From positions 43,650,001-43,714,000 of the forward strand of contig NC_045696.1 of assembly GCF_009834535.1 (NCBI RefSeq): 64,000 nt of DNA. Reading direction: 5' to 3'. Under the pieces are notes generated by a model, which saw nothing but the letters and a program-made list of their open reading frames with translations, was not told the origin of the DNA and made no database searches. Shown here piece after piece: positions 13,730-26,560 of the stretch. This stretch comes from Camelus ferus. Taxonomy: Eukaryota. Positions within the stretch are counted from its first letter, which is position 1, and the number at the start of each line of letters is the position of its first letter. Made by a program: the position numbers and the translations under genes.

Positions 13730-14029
13730 GCATGCTGAAGCTCTAGCCCCCAATACTTCAGATCCAATGTGACTAAAGCCCTCATAAGAAAAGAAACTTT
13801 GGGCAGACAGACAACAGGGATGTATCCACAGAGAGGAAAGGTCATAGGAAGACACAGAGAAAAGGTGACCATCTGTAAGCCAAGGAAAAAGGCCTCAGAG
13901 GAAATCAAATATGCCAACACCTTGATCTTGGACTTCTAGATTCCAGAACTGTGAGAAAAAATAAATTTCAGTTGTGTAAGCCACCCAGTCTGCAGTGTTT
14001 TGTTATGGCAGCTCTAGAAAACCAATACA
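13730..14029 (+). mobile_element. MaLR LTR (MLT1A/B-like), internally deleted
   Basis: aaggtgaccatctgtaagccaagg...caccttgatcttggacttctag...tgtgagaaaaaataaatttc...taagccacccagtctg...aataca. Confidence 0.9.
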
Positions 14030-14834
14030 GTTACAATTGGATATATTTCAGCAATGCATATTAATATATTCTGTGCATATTACATTGTATTCAATGTATT
14101 ACATGAACATGATTCATTTTGGCCTATCATTGTCCATCTCTAACATATGCTAATGATCAGTACACATTAATTTTCTATAAATGTTGAAATTTTGCATGAA
14201 AACCAAAAGCCATGTCAAAAGAGCTAAAATATAAATATCATTTATACATCTCCATGTCAAAATGACTAATATCTAGTTTTCTAATTAAGGCATGTGAAAT
14301 ATACATTCTTGTTCAATGTTTGGTCCTAGCAAGGTACCTTTGCATGCATGGTATTTCTGTTTGAGAATTAAATTAAAATGAATAATGCAGATATTATCAC
14401 GATTTTTAACATCATTCAGTATGTTTTAAACTATAAAATATCCTTTATAATGACTGAACACTTTATTTTGGACAGAGTGCAGCAGAATAACTGAATATTA
14501 AAACATGTCCATTTGATTAAAATAACTATTTGATGCTTACTGAAGGTTTTCTCTTATAATCTCCTTTTCTTGGCCTGATTTACCAGGTTCCATTCTCAGA
14601 AAGTACCTACAGAGGCAGTTACCCACACATAAGTAGTGGCAGGCTTATAACTGGGAATGTATCTTTGCCTGCTTTATTAGAAAAAAAGAGATTAGCAATC
14701 CTAGAAACATCAGATCTGCTGATAAATTTTGGTAGCCACGTTCACCAACTTTGATAAAAAATGTTTTAGTAAAGAGTGATATAGTGACAACTTTTCCCAA
14801 TTCTTACCCTACCCAGACACTGAACATGAAATTC

Positions 14835-15774
14835 TACTCCCAGGAAACTTGGGAAATTTTGACCGTTATTGCTTCATTTTTTTTTTTTTTCCTGGTATAA
14901 AATCTTTCTTCCATCTTTCTGGGAATTCAACAGCATGAATGGTAGTTCTTTTGATGTTTTCACATAGATCCCTGAGGCTCTTTTTTTTTTTTTTTCCCCT
15001 CAAACTTTTCTTATTGTCTTCTTTAGACTGAATACAATTTGTTGATCTATTCTCAAGTTCAGTAATTTTTTCCTCTTTCATCCCCATTCTGTTATTGAGT
15101 CCAGCCAGTAATTTTTAATTTTTTTAAAATTTCTACTTTGTTTTAGTTTTGATTTCTATACTGAGTAGGTCTATCTTTCCATTAATTTAATGTAGCATAT
15201 TTGCAATAGCTACTTTAAAATATTTGACTGATTATACTATCTAGGTTTTCTCAGGTTCAGCATATGATTGTCTTTTCCCTTAAGAACTGGTCACATATCT
15301 CTAGCTCTTTGTATGCTAGCAATTTTGGATTGGACCCTGGATATTTTCAATGCTGTGTTGGGCAGACTCTCTTTCCTTTTAGAATCCTCAGGAGAATGAT
15401 GATTTTTTTGTGTGTTTTGTTTTGTTTTGCTGGGCAGCCAACTGAGTTAGGTTCAGATAAAGTTCTGGCAGTACAATTTTCAGTTCATTTTTCAAAGCTT
15501 ATGCCTCTTTGAATTTGCCCCATGCATGCATCACCCAGATGTTTATCTGAGAACTGGGCCATGCCTAAATATCTGAGAAGTTCTCAAAGACTTTGCTGTT
15601 TCTTTCTGTTCTGTTGCAAAGGTAGCTCAGGAGTGAGCCCACACCTTGTGTTGATTTCTGCATAGAATTAGAATACCTACTTTCTCTAACTCTTTCTTCT
15701 CCAGAACTCCCTCTGCAATATTCAGACTAAATAGGCCCCATTACTGTTTTTCTTCAAAAAGTAGGGTTTCTGAG
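14835..15774 (-). mobile_element. Old L1M ORF1/5' region, degraded
   Basis: Minus-strand translation 14866-15087 (EEKITELENRS...SLRDLCENIKRTTIHAVEFPE) resembles the L1 ORF1p coiled-coil/RRM junction; probably continues to about 16430 beyond the MLT1C. Confidence 0.75.
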
Positions 15775-16249
15775 TATTGTAGGCTAAATTGTGTCTCTCC
15801 CCCAAAATATGTTAAAGACCTAAACCCAGGCACTTGTGACTGAGTTTCTGCAAATGTAATAAAGATTTAAGTTAGATGATGTCCTACTGCAGTAAGATGG
15901 GCCCTTAATCTAATATGACTGGTGTCCTTGTAAGAAGAGAGGAGACACAAAGATAGACACAAACAGAGATGAGAATGCCATGTTTCTGAAGACAGAGATA
16001 CACAGAGAGAAGATGGCCATCTGATAATGCAGGTAGAAACTGGTACCTATAAGCCAAGGAACACCAAGGATTGCTTGTAAACACCAGAAACTAAAAGAGG
16101 TGAGGAAGATTTCTTCCCTACAGATTCAGGAGAAACCTACAGACCTTGATTTTGGACTTCACGCCTCTAGAAATACGAGACATACTTCTATTATTATAAG
16201 CTTTGCAGTTTGTGGCACTTTGCTAAGGCATCCCTAGAAAACTAATACA
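15775..16249 (+). mobile_element. MaLR LTR MLT1C-like, near full length, inserted in old L1
   Basis: ggctaaattgtgtc start; gggcccttaatctaatatgactggtgtcctt; aagccaaggaacaccaaggattgc; end ctagaaaactaataca. Confidence 0.9.
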
Positions 16250-16479
16250 TTGCATTTTTATCTCTTGCAATGCTGTCCTGGAAGGCAGCTCTGGGACAGT
16301 GCCCACATTCTTGGCAGATCTAAGGGGAAAAAAATAACCTGGTAAAATCACCTTTGTACATGTATTTCCAAGTTTTGAAATCCATTTACAATCTGTCTGC
16401 TTCTGTTAAGAGTCTTGACACAATTCATTAGTATGCAACAGGCTTACACCAACATATGGATCAAGGACTCATCTTTAAC

Positions 16480-17600
16480 TTTTAATTTCTGGAATTAAAT
16501 CCATTATTCTAGCCTATTTATTTTAGATTTTATTCCCAAACCACAGCCGTTTCTGTCAGATATTTTAATCAAAAAATTTGATAGGATTACCTTCTTTGTC
16601 TTTCTTCAATTCATTTAAAAAATATGAAAAGGGGCAAGAACAGAGATCTGTAAAATATCATTAAAAATAAATCCTTTTCCTAGTTAGATGTCAATCTTAA
16701 TTAGCCTTTTGGCATCAAAGCCACAGGCAACATATGAATTGATTAACTGGTGCCTCTGCTAACCCACATCAAGGATCTCATAAAATATTTTTACCAGGGA
16801 TTCTTTCTAAATTCAACACAGTAACATATATGGGAGTCTATTTTGCTCTACCAATAATTCTATGGAATGTACCATAAAAAGGAAATAATGCTAGTGTAGT
16901 CTAGCTTCCACTTACTATAGCAGTTCTATATTTTTGATACAATGTGATCACCATTGTTTCTGTGGTTAGGTAAATTTGGGATATTCTGGGCTAATGATAA
17001 AGAGATGATTTTTATAAATTACAGACATTCTCTGAGCCTTTTTTATGTTACTATGAAAAATATGCAAAAAAATGTATACTAGGCTGAATTTTACAAACTT
17101 TTTGACTGAAGAACTCTTTCTATGAGAATATTTACTTGTTAATATTTGGAGCAAAATTAGTGTTCTTTGAAATGTTTCAGAATTACTTAATCTTGTTAAC
17201 TCCTAATGGTACCTGTTTTCTTTTTTTTTTTTTTTAATCTGCTTTTACATTTTTTTTCCCTTAGTGTTCACAAACATTTAAGGATGCTTATTTGAGTTTG
17301 TCAATATAGTTTCAAACGTAATGCCAGGTATTATGTAGTCTTCAAACTACTTTTTTTTTTTAAATTGTGGACAATTTGGCAAGATCCAGTCACGTGGAAC
17401 CACTGCAGTACATAATTGCAAGGATTGAAACAAAGGATGCCTTAGTTCATTCAGTCCCCTGTGAACTGCTGATTCCTGTATGTCATTTGTATAGGTTGGA
17501 AGACATTGTCTCTTCGGAAACAATTCTGAGGTCTCATGACCTCTTCAAATATATTTGGATTTATTTCAACTCTTTTTCAGGTTGGAATTATACTTTCTAC
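16480..17600 (-). mobile_element. Probable L3/CR1 remnants
   Basis: atatgaattgattaactggtgcc...aacccacatcaaggatctcat resembles the antisense CR1 RT region; very diverged. Confidence 0.4.
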
Positions 17601-17904
17601 ATAAGACATTCTTTTATTATTGTATCATTTTCCTCAACTAGCTAATTTGACTTTCTTTTTCTCCTAGAATCTCACTGCTCAAACTATTTTCTTTTTACTG
17701 TCTTTACCCTTATTCTTTTTATGATGTCACTTCTTAGGGTATATGCATTTATTCTTATGAACTATTTTCATACATAAGCTCTAAAAATCAGAGATAATCA
17801 ATTAACTATCTGTGTAGGCCTAATGACTGCATAAATTCCAACTCACTGAGGTAATTTTTCTTTTCATTGTCAAAATTGTACTTTCAGAAGTTACCATAAC
17901 TCTT

Positions 17905-18038
17905 TTTCTTTTTTTTTTTCTTCAGCCGGGGGAGGTAATTAGATTTATTTATATTTTTTTAGAGGCAGTACTGGGGATTGAACCCAGGACCTCATGCTAA
18001 AGCATGTACTCTACCACCTGAGCTACACCATCCTCCCC
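17905..18038 (-). mobile_element. Camelid-type tRNA-derived SINE (Vic-1-like), full length
   Basis: Minus strand ggggaggatggtgtagctcaggtggtagag (A box), gggttcaatcccc (B box), ctaattacctccccc and A-tail; 19-bp TSD agaagttaccata(a/g)ctctt at 17886-17904 / 18039-18057. Confidence 0.95.
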
Positions 18039-18579
18039 AGAAGTTACCATAGCTCTTAAACTTCGTATCTTTTTAAAGAAAAAAATACATCTTTATTTAC
18101 TGAATGTTTTAAATATTTTGTGAGTCGCATTCTTAAAAAATTGTTGTAAATATTTGGTGCATGCATTGTCTAAATCAAAATATTTTTAGCAATTATTAAA
18201 ACTTCCAGACTTACCCTAGGCCTACTGAATTAAGTTCTCCAAAGGAGAGAATCTACTGTTTGAATTTTTTAAAAAGTATTTGGGTGCTAAGTATTTAGAA
18301 ACATTAATCAAGGATTACACTACATTTTTTCAGTTAATATGACCAGTAATATTAAATTGCATGGCTTCTTCCTATTTGATTTATTTCTTTTGAAAAATAA
18401 TGCAAATATTTTATTCCAGTCTTGTATGCTACCCAGTATTGCCTGTAAAACTGTTCTAAAATAGTGTTCACCTTCATTTATTAAAATGTTATTCTCGTTT
18501 GCCAATTTACCATGCATTTTCTCCTCATATAATCTCTCTTACTGCTTGGATCCCCAAAGTATTTTCTTAATTCTTATGA

Positions 18580-18770
18580 GCTTCACATTGTACCAAACAT
18601 TTACTTGTTTATTTATGTATTATCTTCCATATCACTCTATTACACTAGGTTCAAAATTCTTTAAGGATGGGAAGCATATCTTTAAAAACTCATTTTAGAA
18701 TGCCAGCAACAACCGGCAAAATATTTTGTACAAAGATGCTCAATATGTTTGATACATTGAGTTGAATTTG
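18580..18770 (+). mobile_element. L2 3' end fragment
   Basis: aaattctttaaggatgggaagcatatct...gatgctcaatatgtttga...gttgaat. Confidence 0.55.
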
Positions 18771-21700
18771 CCTTATTTCCTGATTTTTTTTTTTTCATTT
18801 TTAGAAGGAGGTTGCCTCACTAGGGTTGTTAACTAGGGTTTTAATATCTCATTTGCATTCATGCATTTTAGTATCTCTTCCAATCTTGCATATGTGGGAA
18901 TTTTTTTTTCTCCTTGACTCGTATGATGCATGCCAGAAACTTCTCTATCATTCTTGAATCATGAACTATGTGATCCTGTTTCATGATGCAAAACTTATTA
19001 TTTTACTCACTTTTTATCAAAATGATGTGTCTAAAAATATTGTCATTCATGATGTCTCAACAAATTACCTTGCTAATATAAATTTGGAAAATACTAAACT
19101 GAATAAAGTTAAAATGATGTTTTTTTACTCAACAATGCTCCAAGTTCTTCAATGTATCCATAAGTAAATATAGTGTTAGTCTTTCAAATTTATTTAACCT
19201 AGGAAAAATAAAGTAAAATAAAAAGACAATCATTTTTCAATATATACATTTCCCAGAATAGTATTACTTTAATTATCATCATTTAGTATTAGTAACTTGT
19301 AAATCAGTATTCAGTAAATTAATAAATTGATTTTGGAGAAATGATAGGAGAACAAAAAAAAAAGTGAAACAAAACAAAAAATCATTAAAATATTTGCTTG
19401 GACAATACTATTTCTTGATTTAAAAACAAAACAAAACAAACATAAAAAAAAAAACAAAACAGAAAATAACCAAAAACTTCACAATGGATTCACAGGCACT
19501 ATATTAGGGTTATAAATTCTGCAAAATACACACAGTATATATTTATGTTTTGGTTTGTGTATAATTATTTCTATATAAAAGGTTTTCAGTATTAATGAAA
19601 AATGAATTCATTCCTTGCCAATTCTCCCCAGGATCAACAACTCACACTTGTCAATCATAGATGATTACATATTATAAGGCAAACAATCATAATTAATTGC
19701 ATTTACCAGGACCAAAACTAACATTAAGTTGATCATTTTTCCCTCATCTTCGGGACTAGAAATAATACTTTAAAAAATGTTATATCCCTAAACTTCTTAC
19801 ATAATGCTAAATGGACACTGAACACACAGTGGGTGATCACTTGATTCTTACTCAAATAGAGTCAACAAATCACAGATCTGCCCTGGATTTAATTTTCATA
19901 CACACAGAGTTTACAAACTCCCTAGTTAAACATATGCAAAATTTTATGATTTCACATTTATAGAAAAAAAATACTAGAAATTGAGAAGTTATTTAACTTC
20001 TGTTAATAGGCATTATGCCATTATTGTGTTAAATTATTCTTGAATCAATATTTTGTGGTCTTCATTTAGTCACTGAGCTGAGTGTCCTCATCCTTCTTCC
20101 CACTGAGGATCTAATCAATCTTAAACCATTCATTATTTCCCTATCTTACCTAGCTGTATCAGCTTCTTCATGGGGAAATTCCCAGTTCTACTGTAAGTCA
20201 TTCATTATAACTTGTTATTGCCTCTTGACAATGTGAGTTCATAATTGGGAATCAAATTAAGGGCTGATGATGAAATTAATAAAAATGCTACAAATATAAG
20301 GCTCCCTGCTTGGGAACATTGTAAAAAAAATAAAGCTGAATCCCTTGACAAACAGGAATATTTATCATCCATTTCCAGTACTTGAAAATGTTCTAATGTT
20401 ATATAAAGATGGTACCTTCCTCAACAAATCTGACCTCAAAAGAAATGCTGTTCTGAGCCCTCTTCATCACTCTGTTAAGGCTTTAATTAAAAGGAAGATT
20501 TTTGGCTATAATTTATGCCCTACATTTCATTTATAGGTAAAAATAATGTATTGTAAGCTGTCAACTAAGGTTTAGAAAGTACAATTGATTACAATGTTTT
20601 CAATTTAGGATTTCCATGAAATGTGTTTCATATAAACAGAAACCAAATAGCATTAACTCAATGTAATATTCTTCAGAATCTAGTAGAATCTGAAACCTAC
20701 TTTTATCCAATTCCCCTGTAGAATATTATATCATAAAATATTTATACCTTTTTTTACAGGATGTTTTTATGTAAAAACTCAATAAGACCAGTCCTTTCAG
20801 TAGATGAAATTAAATTGATTTTTGAAATTAATTCTTTTTCCTCACTTTAAATCATATGACACCATTTTTTACATATAACCCTATCATTCATGTTACTATG
20901 AGTTTTTATTGCACTCCTTAGATATTTACAGTTTTCATATTGGTCTGAACAATTCACTATAATGCTTGTTCAATAAACTGATTAGAATGTCTCTTTATGT
21001 GAGAAGTTAAGTGACGGTCAACCGAAATTTAAAACAATAATAGTAGTAATAATGTTACAAAATCATTTTATTAGTAAAATAGTAAAAAATAGTTGAAGTT
21101 TTAATGCATGTAGATGAAGCTTCATCAGTTGACTAAGTCGACTGAATTTCATTTTTGCTCTGCCAAGTGCTATCTTCTGATAATTGTTTTTCTTAATTCT
21201 GAGCACACCTACACTGCTCTTTATTCATGCTAGTTCTTTAATTACCTTTTATGTTGTGCCCTTAAGTAATCATAGGGCTAAGCATACAACAAAAATAATT
21301 ACCATGTTTGTTTAGTAGTAGCTGTCATTAATGGTGCAGAGATTATTTAGAGAGCCTGCATAACAAGAGATGCAACAACAAACACACTTGTGTCTCCACT
21401 GAACAATGGTAGGGATTGAATACTTGAACAATGAACATCTTTATAAAGCATGACGGGAGTACATATTCTGCCTCCTTGCAGAGAGATGGATGGGTCTGGC
21501 ATTGGGTTTTTTTGGTTTTTTTGGTTTTGATTTTGTTTACATTTTAATTAGGAAGGTATCCTGTCTTTGAGTTAAACCCATAATACCAAATTTATAAATT
21601 CATCTGAAAAATTATAATAAGGTAGCCATGGTCTTGAAAATGCCAAGTATATAAAACACGTGGTTACAGATTTGTCTGAATGGAAGCTTGATGTGGTTGT

Positions 21701-24073
21701 TTTCATATTATGCCTATGAATTACCAAGAATTAAATTTCAAGATCAGGAAAGAATTCTAGGCCCAAGTCCTTCTTGAAATAAAATAAAATTCTCTGGCCT
21801 TTATCCATTATATAAACAGAATCTGGATCTGGATTTTTTTAGTATTTGAAATGGTGGGGTAAACTGTCACATACATTGTGGGTTGTGAAGCCTGATAGAA
21901 ACATGGGATGTGGCAAATTGAGGTAGAATGGAAAAACAATTTTAGACTGAAGAAAGCGGTAGAGCAGAGTCAAGATGATAAAAATGATTAACAAAAGCTT
22001 GATTAATAGATTTCCTATAGGCTTCTTCATTCTTTCAGAACTTGACATTCTACTAGATTTCAAGAGACCTTTTAAAAATTCAACTTCATAAAAAATAATA
22101 TATCTTTTTGAAGACAGGAAATATGTTTAATATCTACTGTGAAATATTCACCATTTTCAGGCAATTCAAAAACATCCAATAAATAAATATTTGATAAAAA
22201 CAGTAGATTGGGATTATACTAGAATTTTAACTTCTATTTATCTCATTGATGGATGATGGCAAAATAATATATAGGAAGGGTCATAAAGAACAATCCTAAA
22301 ATATTCACTGAAAGTCGCATTTTCCAGAAGAAAGGAATTGTTGAGTCTACAGTACCAATTCTAAAGCAAGCACAGGAGTTTTAAATGCAGCAATCTGGTT
22401 CTTGTATCAAGGCATGTGGCTGATTTGCATGAAGCTATAAATTGGTTAACAATTGAGACAGAGAAAGCATGTGACATCCAAGGTAAAAATCTTTAACCAA
22501 AATACTGATTTGGTTAAAAGTTAGACACTTAAAATTTGAAGGTGAGGTTTTCAGAGTAATGTACCTGGTACTCACTCCATCACTATTGATCCTGAGGGAG
22601 AAAAATCACAATAAGCAAAACAGCCAAAATGCAAGCACTCAGAGGAAGGAGACACAGCCAGAGACGTGAATTGTCCTTGAACTGGACTAGGGAACCAGCC
22701 ACTGAATAATTGAGAATTGACTTCAGGTTGAATGTTGAATTTCCACTGTGTGCAGCAGCTCTGGAGCCCTTAGGCAATGATTTGATTTACATAGATTAAA
22801 TCAATAAATAAAAGACAAACATAAGGAATAAATAAAAACTCATCTTCAGATAGAAATCATGCTCTTACGGTTTGTTTAGTTGAATTTTGGGGGCAAGACA
22901 AGCTGGCAAACTCTTCTGGCTTTCAAAATCAAGTATCTAAGCTACTTTCCTTAACACACACACAAAAATTAGCAAACAGTGCCAGCAATTCATTTATGTA
23001 CTTAGAAACTCTTCTTCAAGCTCATTAGGAAGCATACCTTTTATCAATTTAATATGTTTGTTTTATTCCAGTTCAAATATTGTAGTGTTTTACTTGGAAT
23101 TTTTTTATAAATTGTGTGACAGTAATAATTTATTCCTTCTACAGCTATTTATTTTAAATTTTATTGATAAAGTCAATTTAAAAACCAAATTGTTCTCTTT
23201 TAGTTATTTTATTAATTTTTTGATTCATGTTAGAATTTTTATTTTGCAGTTTCTTTCATGAAACTCATGACAGGAAAAAATGAAGTTATTTCAATAGGTT
23301 CCTATATTATGAAGTCCATTGCAGAATGAAAATTAAAGCTTTGAACTATAGGCTAAGTCTTCTGGACAATATATACGGCTCCTTTCAAGGCTCTTCCACT
23401 TACATTTTATAACTAATTAGCTACACGTTTAAGATCCACAGATGTTTTACCACAGTGAGGGAAGATCAGAATATGTGGATAAAAAAAGGTTGGAACATGT
23501 ATAAAAGCACTGAGAATATTACTAGGCTCTTGTCTCTTTAAGGGGCAGCCTATGTTTCTATTCTTTTTTTTTTTTTAGTTTCATAAAAGACATTTGATTT
23601 ATTATATTACATCTGTATAACCTTCATTGAATGCAAGGCTTTCTTTTTTATACTATCACTGTTAATACCTGACATACATTGTTTTTCTCCTTTCCTTTCT
23701 TGTATAATTTGCTATTTCTATAAAGTTAATACACGATAATAACGTACATAATTTTGTCATTTTCATTTAATATTTTGTAATACATAAATAAAATTGTAAG
23801 GACTGCCATGCAATGTAAGGAATACGATCATATATTTTTAGAAATATAAGTGGTCTTAGAAACTCTAGTTCATCCATTTTGTCTTCTAATGAAGACAATT
23901 AGGCTCATGGATTTGTAAAATTTTCATGCCTGTCCAGGTTAATAAAAGAACCAAATTTAGAATCTAGTCCTCCCAATGTTTAAGTTAAAGACATTTATAA
24001 GGTAATATCCAATTCTTTGTGAGCTGTTCTAATAGTGAAAGTCATGGGTTTGAAGGAATAATCAGAGTAGCAG

Positions 24074-24273
24074 TACGCTCTCCGATCTCTTATTTATCAT
24101 GGCACACCTGGGGAAATGGGTGAGACTGTTCATGGTGAGAAGAAAGGCCCATGGGTTCCAGTTACCTCACAGCCCACCCTGTTATTGCAAAGACTGTAGG
24201 AACAAATAACTCAGTAGCTCTGTACTCCACTCAGCACATGAGCATGCTATGGCACAGGAGTTGAGAAGCTCTA
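24074..24273 (+). mobile_element. hAT-Charlie MITE (MER112-like)
   Basis: tcatggcacacctgggg...gcacatgagcatgctatggcacaggagttgagaagctct matches the recalled consensus layout and TIR. Confidence 0.7.
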
Positions 24274-24659
24274 TTACACTTATAAAAGATTATAAGATAA
24301 GGTTTTAACTCAATCTAAAAGATGCTTTAGTATTTTCATTCTCTATGAATTAGGACTATTAAACTAGAAATGAAAGTTCAACAGCCTTAAGAGTTTAAAT
24401 CGCTATTGAAGATTATATGAAAAGGTCCATTTGGCAAAGCATTTATTTCCTTTGTCTACCACCATTTTAAAAGGTTGTGATGTGCCAGACAAAGTTACAA
24501 AAAAGAATTAATTAGGTAAAGAGAAGAAGGAGTGCGTTACAAATGCTGCTTGAATTTTAAAGGGAGTCATGTGCATAGTTAAAGCTAGAGCTTGGGTCAG
24601 AAGATCTTAGTAGACATTTCAGGAAAGAAAACATAGGAACAAAACTTTTTAAAGCAAAA

Positions 24660-25230
24660 AAATGACAGACAGCATCAGACATGAGTTTTAGTAAGATGAT
24701 TCTGCTACTTTGCACAGAATGAATAAAAGGAAAATTAAGTGCAGTGGCTGACTGCTTGAATTCAGGGAATACCATTGGAGTGGTAGATAAGTAGAAATAT
24801 TTGACAGACATTTTGGAGGTAGGTGAGATGTAGAAAAAAGGGGAGAGAAAAAAGCCAAAGGTGGATGCTATAAAATCAAATTTTTACAAGCAGGAGGAGA
24901 AGTTAGGGGACACTCGTTAATTTGGAGAGAGAAACTGATGAACTAATCGTACATAATTATTTTGAATCAATTTGGGAACTACTAACCAAACATAGTAAGT
25001 AGCCAGACGTAGACAGAGGAAAGAGGTGAAGGCCTAAGCTGAAGTTTTGTAGTCACTGAAATGAGATCACTCAGGGAGAACGTTAGAAGGTAAAGATAAG
25101 TTATAAAGAAGAGTGATGAAAAAACATAATGGAATGGGTCAATAAAACAACCTACAAAGAAATCTGAGAAGGAGAAGTCACAGAGTTCATAGAAAAATCA
25201 AAAGAAAGAAAAGCTTTTAAGAAATAGAAT
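24660..25230 (-). mobile_element. L2 fragments
   Basis: ttttagtaagatgattctgct, gacattttggaggtag, tgagatcactcagggaga, aaagaaatctgagaaggag. Confidence 0.65.
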
Positions 25231-25314
25231 GGGTTCTACTAATCACTCGTTAGCCTATACTGAGTCATTAGATCCCAGTTTAGACTATGAGAAAAAAGTT
25301 ACAAAAACTGTGAT

Positions 25315-25546
25315 TGCTTAACATTTACTGTGCAATTTCTAAGTGCCAGGCACTGAGCAAAATTTTTGAAACACATTATTTTAATTACCCCCCCAAAGCA
25401 TAAAGAATACACACAAAAATATTACTCCCATTTTACAGTCAAGGAGACTTACAACCATAAGAATAAATAATTTACTCAAAGCCCAAAGAGTAGAAATGTC
25501 TATCCAGAGTTGTCTGATCCCAAACTCTTTGCTTCTAACTGCTTTG
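25315..25546 (-). mobile_element. MIR SINE
   Basis: aacatttactg...gtgccaggcactg; attactcccattttacag core; tgtctgatcccaaactc. Confidence 0.8.
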
Positions 25547-25547
25547 C

Positions 25548-25731
25548 AGGTATTTATCCAAGTATGAATTTTAAAAAATTTGCATCAGAATCACCTTGGT
25601 ACATGCTAGTAAATAAAAAAAAAAAATAGTAAATTTCTGGGTGCCAATTGAGAACTATGGAGAATCCAAATCTCTGGGGGATGACATTTTAATAAGCAGC
25701 ACAAGTGATTCTTAAAGTTTGAGAAACACTG
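25548..25731. mobile_element. MER5-like hAT MITE
   Basis: gcatcagaatcacct; cattttaataagc...gtgattct...aagtttgagaaacactg TIR. Confidence 0.75.
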
Positions 25732-25745
25732 TAAAATGCTAATAA

Positions 25746-26560
25746 CAGTATTTCTTAAAGAGTGTTCTGCAAGTCACTGATGTCCCTGGTGATGTAATTA
25801 AATAGCCCTTTGACAATTTTGTAAATGCAGAGGAAAAATTATTAATAGAAGTTTGAATAATTTGCTTCATACATTTGAAAACAATGGCTAATTGTGATTT
25901 TAACAGAGTTCCATATTTTTATATTTGTTATATTTTTAAATTATGTGCATAAATTTTAAGAACTGTGTCAGTATCTTTCAGTAAAAACATATTTATGTCA
26001 TTCGTATTTGTTTACATTTCTATCATTTGAAATGATCACTGCTTCTTTTGTTTTGAATTATGTTACTTGCAAAAGGTAGGATGAATTAATCTCTGAATAT
26101 CCTGATTTTACACAAGCGATGAAAATAATATACAATAAGGAGTTGTGAAAATGGCTATCTAAAAACTGGATTTATTGTTATTTACCTCTATCACTTTTTA
26201 AAAATAATTTTCTATTATGAAACAAAATCAATACAGGTTTCTCTTCATCTTCATTCGTAAACTGAAATTTCCTGCAAGTATTTTAAGGAGGAACAGAAAA
26301 TTTTGTCACTAAATGATGGGGATAGCAACTTGAAGAGAGATATTGTAAGTCTGCATGCATCACAGTCAAAAGATTTATAAGCATAGCATTACCAATAGAA
26401 GAAAATCTTGCTAGTATATGAAAAGGTTACACATGAACACTAGTTTTATTTTATTTAATTTTTTGTCAAGAGCAATTGGAGTTGAACTGTGGTAAAAATG
26501 TTTAATCAAAAAATCTGTCTTTTTCTTTTACTTGATGGCGTTACTGACACATCAAGATAA
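25746..26560 (+). mobile_element. Possible hAT-Charlie element remnant with transposase traces
   Basis: TIR-like cagtatttcttaaagagtgttctgc; 26080-26163 translates DELISEYPDF...YNKEL*KWLSK, reminiscent of the hAT SEY.DL.YH.EVRWLS motif; right boundary uncertain. Confidence 0.4.

Noticed and set aside
17960..18038. tRNA gene
   Set aside because: The A and B boxes belong to a SINE head that has a tail and TSD
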